Of a stretch of DNA of 64,000 nucleotides, positions 59,382 to 64,000 are shown one piece after another. Origin of the DNA: Planctomycetota bacterium (GTDB taxonomy: Bacteria > Planctomycetota > UBA1135 > UBA2386). The stretch spans positions 7,008,001-7,072,000 of the forward strand of contig OZ245006.1 in NCBI GenBank assembly GCA_965223545.1, written 5' to 3'. Below the pieces are notes generated by a model. The model saw nothing but the letters and a program-made list of their open reading frames with translations, was not told the DNA's origin and did not search any database. The position numbers and the translations under genes were made by a program. The stretch's first letter is position 1. The number at the start of each line of letters is the position of its first letter.

Positions 59382-59772
59382 CCCAGCCAGCTACGGACGG
59401 TCACCGTCGTGGCCGGCGCCGGTGCCGACACCCGGTGGCCGAAGTTTCTGTTCATGCGCCGGTTCGGCGCGGCGCGAAGAACGTGCGTGCCGGAACAGTT
59501 ACTGCGAGCCGGCCTCGAGAGCGACTCTGGCGCCCGGGAAGTCGCTCAGCGCCTTCGAGAGCGCTGTCGGCGTCGTCGGGAAACTGCCCCGCGCAACGAC
59601 CGTCCGCGACGCGTCCAGTGCGCAGTAGTGGATGTTCCGATCGCCAATGTCGAGACCGATGGTCACGGGGGAGGTCTGAGCGGTAACTTTGGTCATGGGT
59701 CGATCTGCTCCTTTGATTTTGCAGCGCCATTGTGTGGCGACTGCGTCGGAGGGATCGACCCTCTCATCCCAT

Positions 59773-60300
59773 CTCGAAAGCAACACTGGCGTCTGCGCTC
59801 AGCGCGGCCGCCGGCGACCGCGGGACCCGCGACCGACGCTCGGGTCGCGGAATGCTTCGTGTTTGGTTGCGGCCTCGGCCGCGCTGAGCCTCCGGCGCCT
59901 CGAATCTTCGAGCTTCGACAACATTTTCGAGGCGACGCCGCTGACATGGCAACGTCGCCGCCGCGCCGGAGGCTCGGAGAGACAGTGCCTCCTGGCTCAG
60001 CGCGGCGGCGGATGTGTCCGGCCTTCCAATCCGCTCCGGCAAGAGCGGCATCCGAGTTTGGTTGCGGCCGTGGCCGCGCTGAGCCTCGGGGTCCGCAAAT
60101 CTTCGCGCGGCGACAACCTTTCGGAAGGCTCGATGCCGCTGGAACTTCGACAACGCAGCTCCCGGAGGCTCGAAGACAACACTGGCCTCCGGGCTCAGCG
60201 CGGCCGCCGGCGCCGGCGACCGCGGGACCCGCGACCGACGCTCGGGTCGCGGAATGCTCGGTGTTTGGTTGCGGCCTCGGCCGCGCTGAGCCTCGGGGTC
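59773..60300. repeat. Right part of repeat locus B (~2.5 units)
   Basis: GCTGAGC at 59883, 60078 and 60285; closely similar to 4500-4930. Confidence 0.92.
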
Positions 60301-60347
60301 AGCTGCCTGAGCTGCCGCGCTGAAGTGCGCGGGCGTCGCCATCCAAG

Positions 60348-62315
60348 CTAATGCGGTGAGACCTCAACAGAATCGAGTCGCCAGAGCCGACGCGCGGCAA
60401 CATTCGCGGTCGTCCACAAGCTGACCAACAACCGTGGATCATCTGGAAGGTCCTTTGGCAGTCGAGCCTCGATAGAGAACTCCCCGGTTGAAGGCAGCCG
60501 ACATGCCGAGATCTCCCGATCGCCAACCGAGAATCGGTTGATCCGCACGCTCACGTGCGCCCCCGGCAACCCCTGCGCCATGCCCCGAATCCGCAAGACG
60601 TCACTCGACACTGGCCGCCGCAGTATGACTCGCGCAAAAGCATCCTCGACCCAAAACCCGCGGTCGTCATCTTCGATACCCCACATCAGCTCCGGTCGTG
60701 GCGGTGCGCTGTTGCGGTCGAGTGCCGAGCGCAAATGGACACGCCCTTTCCGCCGCGCGAAGGTCAATGTCCAACGCGACGGGCGGCGATCAGGAAGATC
60801 GAACTCGTAGTCGTAGTTCGCTCGAAAGAACTTCGACGCAAAGTACGGCTCGAGACACCAGCGGGTATCCGAAGACATCTCTATGCCACCATCGGCACCT
60901 CGCCAATAACCGTGAGTAACAATGACATCGGGCAAGCGCGATAATACAAAATCGCGCGAGGCACGGAGCGCATCATGCAGCGGGTAGTACTTGTGTGTTC
61001 GAGCCACTTCGCGCTGACACAAGCCCATGATATCCAACACTGGGGCATCGACATGATACGCGACGTAGCCAAGTTCGCTGCAAGCATAGAGAGAGTCTCC
61101 CGATCCCAAGTCCTGGCGGAGACGATCGACTGCTTCGATGTACGCCAGGCTTGTCCCATCATCTCCGGGGCGGTGCTCTGCACCGTAGTCGATGTCGTAA
61201 ACTCCGATAGCAATAACCACCATCGGCAACCCGGCCAAGAGACGAACTTTGAACGTAGGTCCGTAGCGGTCAACCAACTCCTTGCCGATCCATGCGGCAC
61301 TGGCTACGACGAACGCGTGCGCCGGCGTCAGATAGCGAAATTGATCGGACGCATCCCCACCGGAGTACCATGCGACGAAGACGTGCAGGCTGCCAAAAGA
61401 ACAAATAACAAGCGGCGTCACGATATCGCGCACCTGGTCGGATGCGGGAGCCAGCAGTCTGCGTACTGCGATGCCTAGCAGCACCAGAATGCTGCCAAGA
61501 GAAACGGCCGTGGCGAGCCACCCTATCAAATTTGCGTATTCCGCCAAGTAGCCCCATCCGTCACGCCAAACACGTAGTGCACCCTTGACGAGATATGGGT
61601 TCGGTCGCACATCACCGAAGTAGACCTCCTTCCAGATCAGCAACGCCAAAACCAGGCCGGCAAAGAGCATCCCGCCAGGCAAAGCAAGCCACAACCATTT
61701 CCTGATATGGCTGTTGCGGCAGCAGTGCACTACGCCCCCAATGGCAAATGCCATTCCTACAGCCAGAACCCCCTCAGGGCGAGTGTTGAGCAAGAGGAAT
61801 CCGGTGACGCCGACGATTGCCCAGCATCGAGCCCGCTCTTTGACCGCCGCAACTGCTGTTGCCCGGGCCAACAGGACTACCAAGAGCACATAGAGCGGGG
61901 TTTCCAATCCACTCGTTACCCATACGCTCGACGCAGTTGACGCTCCGAGTCCTAGCACTACCCACACGAGGGAGTCCAAACCTTGCCCTCGAGAAAGCCA
62001 CCGACCGTTGGTCAGCGCGGCAATGGCAAGGATACTAGAGAGATGCGCAACAATTCCGATGCAATGCGCAACCACGACCGGTGACAGTCCCAGCCAGTAG
62101 CCCGGAACCAATAGCAAGACCCACAAGAGGTCAGAGTAACCTTCATCCGGAGGTCCTCCTGGATATGACACCAGCCCATGGCCTTCAGCCACGTTGCGGG
62201 CGTAACGAAAACAGATCCAGGAATCCTCGTACGTCCGCCCCCAAACTCGGGCCAAGTTGGCAAGCAGCGGCGTCGATGCTAGGGCAACTACGGCCAAGCG
62301 CAACGCGAGTGGCAT
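60348..62315 (-). CDS. Multi-TM GT-C-like glycosyltransferase (lower GC)
   Basis: EDSWICFRYARN..GHGL, EGYS, SGLETPL, TRPEG, GGD....RY and DIMGL. Confidence 0.75.
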   Translation of the reverse strand: MPLALRLAVVALASTPLLANLARVWGRTYEDSWICFRYARNVAEGHGLVSYPGGPPDEGYSDLLWVLLLVPGYWLGLSPVVVAHCIGIVAHLSSILAIAALTNGRWLSRGQGLDSLVWVVLGLGASTASSVWVTSGLETPLYVLLVVLLARATAVAAVKERARCWAIVGVTGFLLLNTRPEGVLAVGMAFAIGGVVHCCRNSHIRKWLWLALPGGMLFAGLVLALLIWKEVYFGDVRPNPYLVKGALRVWRDGWGYLAEYANLIGWLATAVSLGSILVLLGIAVRRLLAPASDQVRDIVTPLVICSFGSLHVFVAWYSGGDASDQFRYLTPAHAFVVASAAWIGKELVDRYGPTFKVRLLAGLPMVVIAIGVYDIDYGAEHRPGDDGTSLAYIEAVDRLRQDLGSGDSLYACSELGYVAYHVDAPVLDIMGLCQREVARTHKYYPLHDALRASRDFVLSRLPDVIVTHGYWRGADGGIEMSSDTRWCLEPYFASKFFRANYDYEFDLPDRRPSRWTLTFARRKGRVHLRSALDRNSAPPRPELMWGIEDDDRGFWVEDAFARVILRRPVSSDVLRIRGMAQGLPGAHVSVRINRFSVGDREISACRLPSTGEFSIEARLPKDLPDDPRLLVSLWTTANVAARRLWRLDSVEVSPH

Positions 62316-62407
62316 GACTATGGCGCTAACGTGTCAGGTTGGCCGGGAGGTGGGAGCGGACGGCGCGAGGCATGGCAAGTTCGGGGCCCGTCATAGTCAT
62401 CGCACCC
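62307..62407. mobile_element. Possible 101-bp MITE/IS scar
   Basis: Imperfect terminal IR GAGTGGCATGACTATGGC vs GGGTGCGATGACTATGAC (14/18); no TSD seen. Confidence 0.35.
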
Positions 62408-62517
62408 GATCCATCGCCGGGTCCAGGAGTCGGCATGGATGGCACCTGGGATCAGCACCGGCCTCGTTACTCCAACAAGCCCGGCAAACGCCTGCTCTAC
62501 GCCAAGCGGACTAGCAG

Positions 62518-63650
62518 CTACTGCTGCCATGTCGACACCGTGTCAACATCAAGCACCTGGCTCGGCCCACTCGACGTGCCCCGAATTCGCAAGACCACAT
62601 TAGCGGTGCTCGGGGACAGAGATACTCTCCAGCTGCCGACCGTGCCCAAGTAGCTCTGCCAAGTGCTTGCGCTCGGTGACAAGATCGATGGGCCTACAGT
62701 CAGTGTTCCTTCGCCACTCTGAGGGAGCTGGAACACCTCTAGGCGAACGTTTGCCATGTCAGATCTGACATAGAAGTTCACATAGAGGTCTTTGGCTGGG
62801 CTTACGGCGAATGCGCTAGACTTGACTCCCATATCTCCGGCGACTACCGAGGTCATGCGCGCAAACCATGAGTTCGAAGCCGGGGCCGCGCTTGAAGCAG
62901 TGAGCACGCCATCTGCGCCGCCGATACCGAACGGAGCCCAAGCAACGGGGATTCCTGACGACACGGTTTCCATATCTCCATTTGCCGCAATGCCATTAGC
63001 AACTGAAAGGCCTCCCAACGCATGCTTGGGGTCGCCCGGCTCTCCGACAACCCCCTCCCGACTCTGCCAGTTCGGAGCGAAATCCGAGTGGAACCAAATC
63101 GCGGTAAAGGGAACCGCGCGCGTCTGCGCTTCAGCCAACGTTCCCAGGATCCATGATTGCTGCGAAGCCTCCTCGGTCGGTGAGGTATTGGGGCAGGAAT
63201 TATTGGGGATGGTTGTACACGTCCCCGCAGCCCCGGTCCCCCGGCCATACTCGCCCAAGACAATTGTCGAATTGGGGAAGGATGCCTGCATACCCTGGAT
63301 CGCGGTGGCCATATTGGGGTTGATCCCAACCTCTCCGTTATTCATATGGAAGTCGGCGTAATCAAGCCTGCGGCCCTGCAGTTCCTGGGCGAGGTCAGGT
63401 GCATCCGGGCCAACCGCCAGAATCGAATTCCCTCTCTTGCCACGCGGAACTCCAGCGCCGTCGTAAACCGCGCGAATATAATCGCCAGCGATCGGGCCAC
63501 TTGCCCCAGCGAAGGCGTCGAAGTCCACGCTATACTCTGATTGGTAGTCGTAGTAAAGGACGCCATTTTGGGCAGGCGCGGCCTCCATTGCCTGCACAAT
63601 ACCACTTACCCAGGCAACTAAATCCGAAAGAAACGCGGCTTTTCCTGAGA
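62518..63650 (-). pseudogene. 5'-truncated glycoside hydrolase-like (TIM barrel) + CBM-like protein
   Basis: LDYADFH, IVLGEYG and EEASQQSW resemble clan GH-A; IAANGDME begins a CBM-like domain; no credible start codon. Confidence 0.5.
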
Positions 63651-64000
63651 AGGCAGGAGTCGACGTCGCTGTCCGGCATGCACCCGCAACGGAGCGTGTG
63701 CAGGCCCGCACCCTCGGCGTCGTGCAGGGTGATGGTTGCGCAGTGGCCCATCCGGAAGTTGCGCTCCACGGGACGCTTCGGCGCGTTCTTGCGCGGTCGG
63801 CCCACTCGACGCTTCTTGGGCTCCTCCATCGGCACGGACACGCGATCCACTGCCACGCTCATCGCGGCGGCCTGCTCCGGGGTGTCGGACACTGCGCAAA
63901 GCTGGTCCTCGATGTCCGTGTGTTCGCGCAGCCAGTGCTCGCCGACAAGGTGCGCGACGCACTCGAAGCTCGCTCGAGAGTACGGGAAACGACATCCTTG
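63650..64000 (-). pseudogene. ISKra4-like transposase fragment, 3'-truncated
   Basis: PYSRASFE...VAVDRVSVPMEEP...RNFRMGHCATITLHDAEG..LHTLRCG; family call is from recalled motif resemblance; the frame stops at 63530. Confidence 0.6.

Larger units (their letters stand above)
57012..59502 (+). mobile_element. IS66-family element, 2491 bp
   Basis: 15-bp IR GTAACTGTTCCGGCA; 8-bp TSD TGCGAGCC (57004-57011, 59503-59510); three ORFs. Confidence 0.96.
56121..59696 (-). pseudogene. IS110 recombinase gene split by IS66 (59503-59696 + 56121-57003)
   Basis: GLDIG...ALEAGSQ joins SAWMSRRL...KTDRRDA...GVGPVTA...GLCPKSFASG. Confidence 0.93.
55617..59772 (-). mobile_element. IS110-family (IS1111-group) element disrupted by IS66
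   Basis: CT core at both junctions (55615-16, 59773-74); 17-bp sub-terminal IRs at 55620-55636 and 59751-59767 (1 mismatch); excision restores CCCGGAGG-CT-CGAAAGCAAC. Confidence 0.92.

Noticed and set aside
62316..62517. Integron attC site (GCTAAC/GTTAGC)
   Set aside because: No matching paired R and L boxes and no integrase.
1..64000. tRNA or rRNA genes
   Set aside because: None recognised by eye; almost all space is accounted for by CDS, IS or repeats. A tRNAscan/Infernal run would be decisive.

Overview
High-GC bacterial chromosome segment. The gene complement is compatible with Planctomycetota, but that is inference only. Core content: glycosylation genes, psd, an argR-C-B-D-F-G-H-A operon with an ARG box, a minimal T2SS/T4P-like cluster, a cysteine synthase, an ApbE-porin fusion/FMN-binding/cytochrome-b-like operon behind a Fur-box-like palindrome, a MacAB-TolC-like exporter, coaB, ftsK plus a motor-less FtsK paralogue, dnaB and bamA. 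The most striking feature is a family of highly structured ~200-bp mosaic repeats at two loci (4411-7167 and 55518-60300). Each array is interrupted by a different IS110-family element, and each element's non-coding end carries a readable bridge-RNA-like structure whose loop sequences match both the repeat target site and the element's own ends. Element 1 has its RNA upstream of the ORF, Thr in place of the catalytic Ser, and no perfect core duplication. Element 2 is IS1111-type (CT core, sub-terminal IRs), is disrupted by an intact IS66, and has a 183-bp duplication whose junction falls on its own guide sequence. Also present: an IS1-like element with 20-bp TIRs and a 9-bp TSD, a perfect 43-bp-arm palindrome, and a lower-GC island at the right end with an ISKra4-like remnant. 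All calls come from reading the sequence; no searches or folding programs were run.
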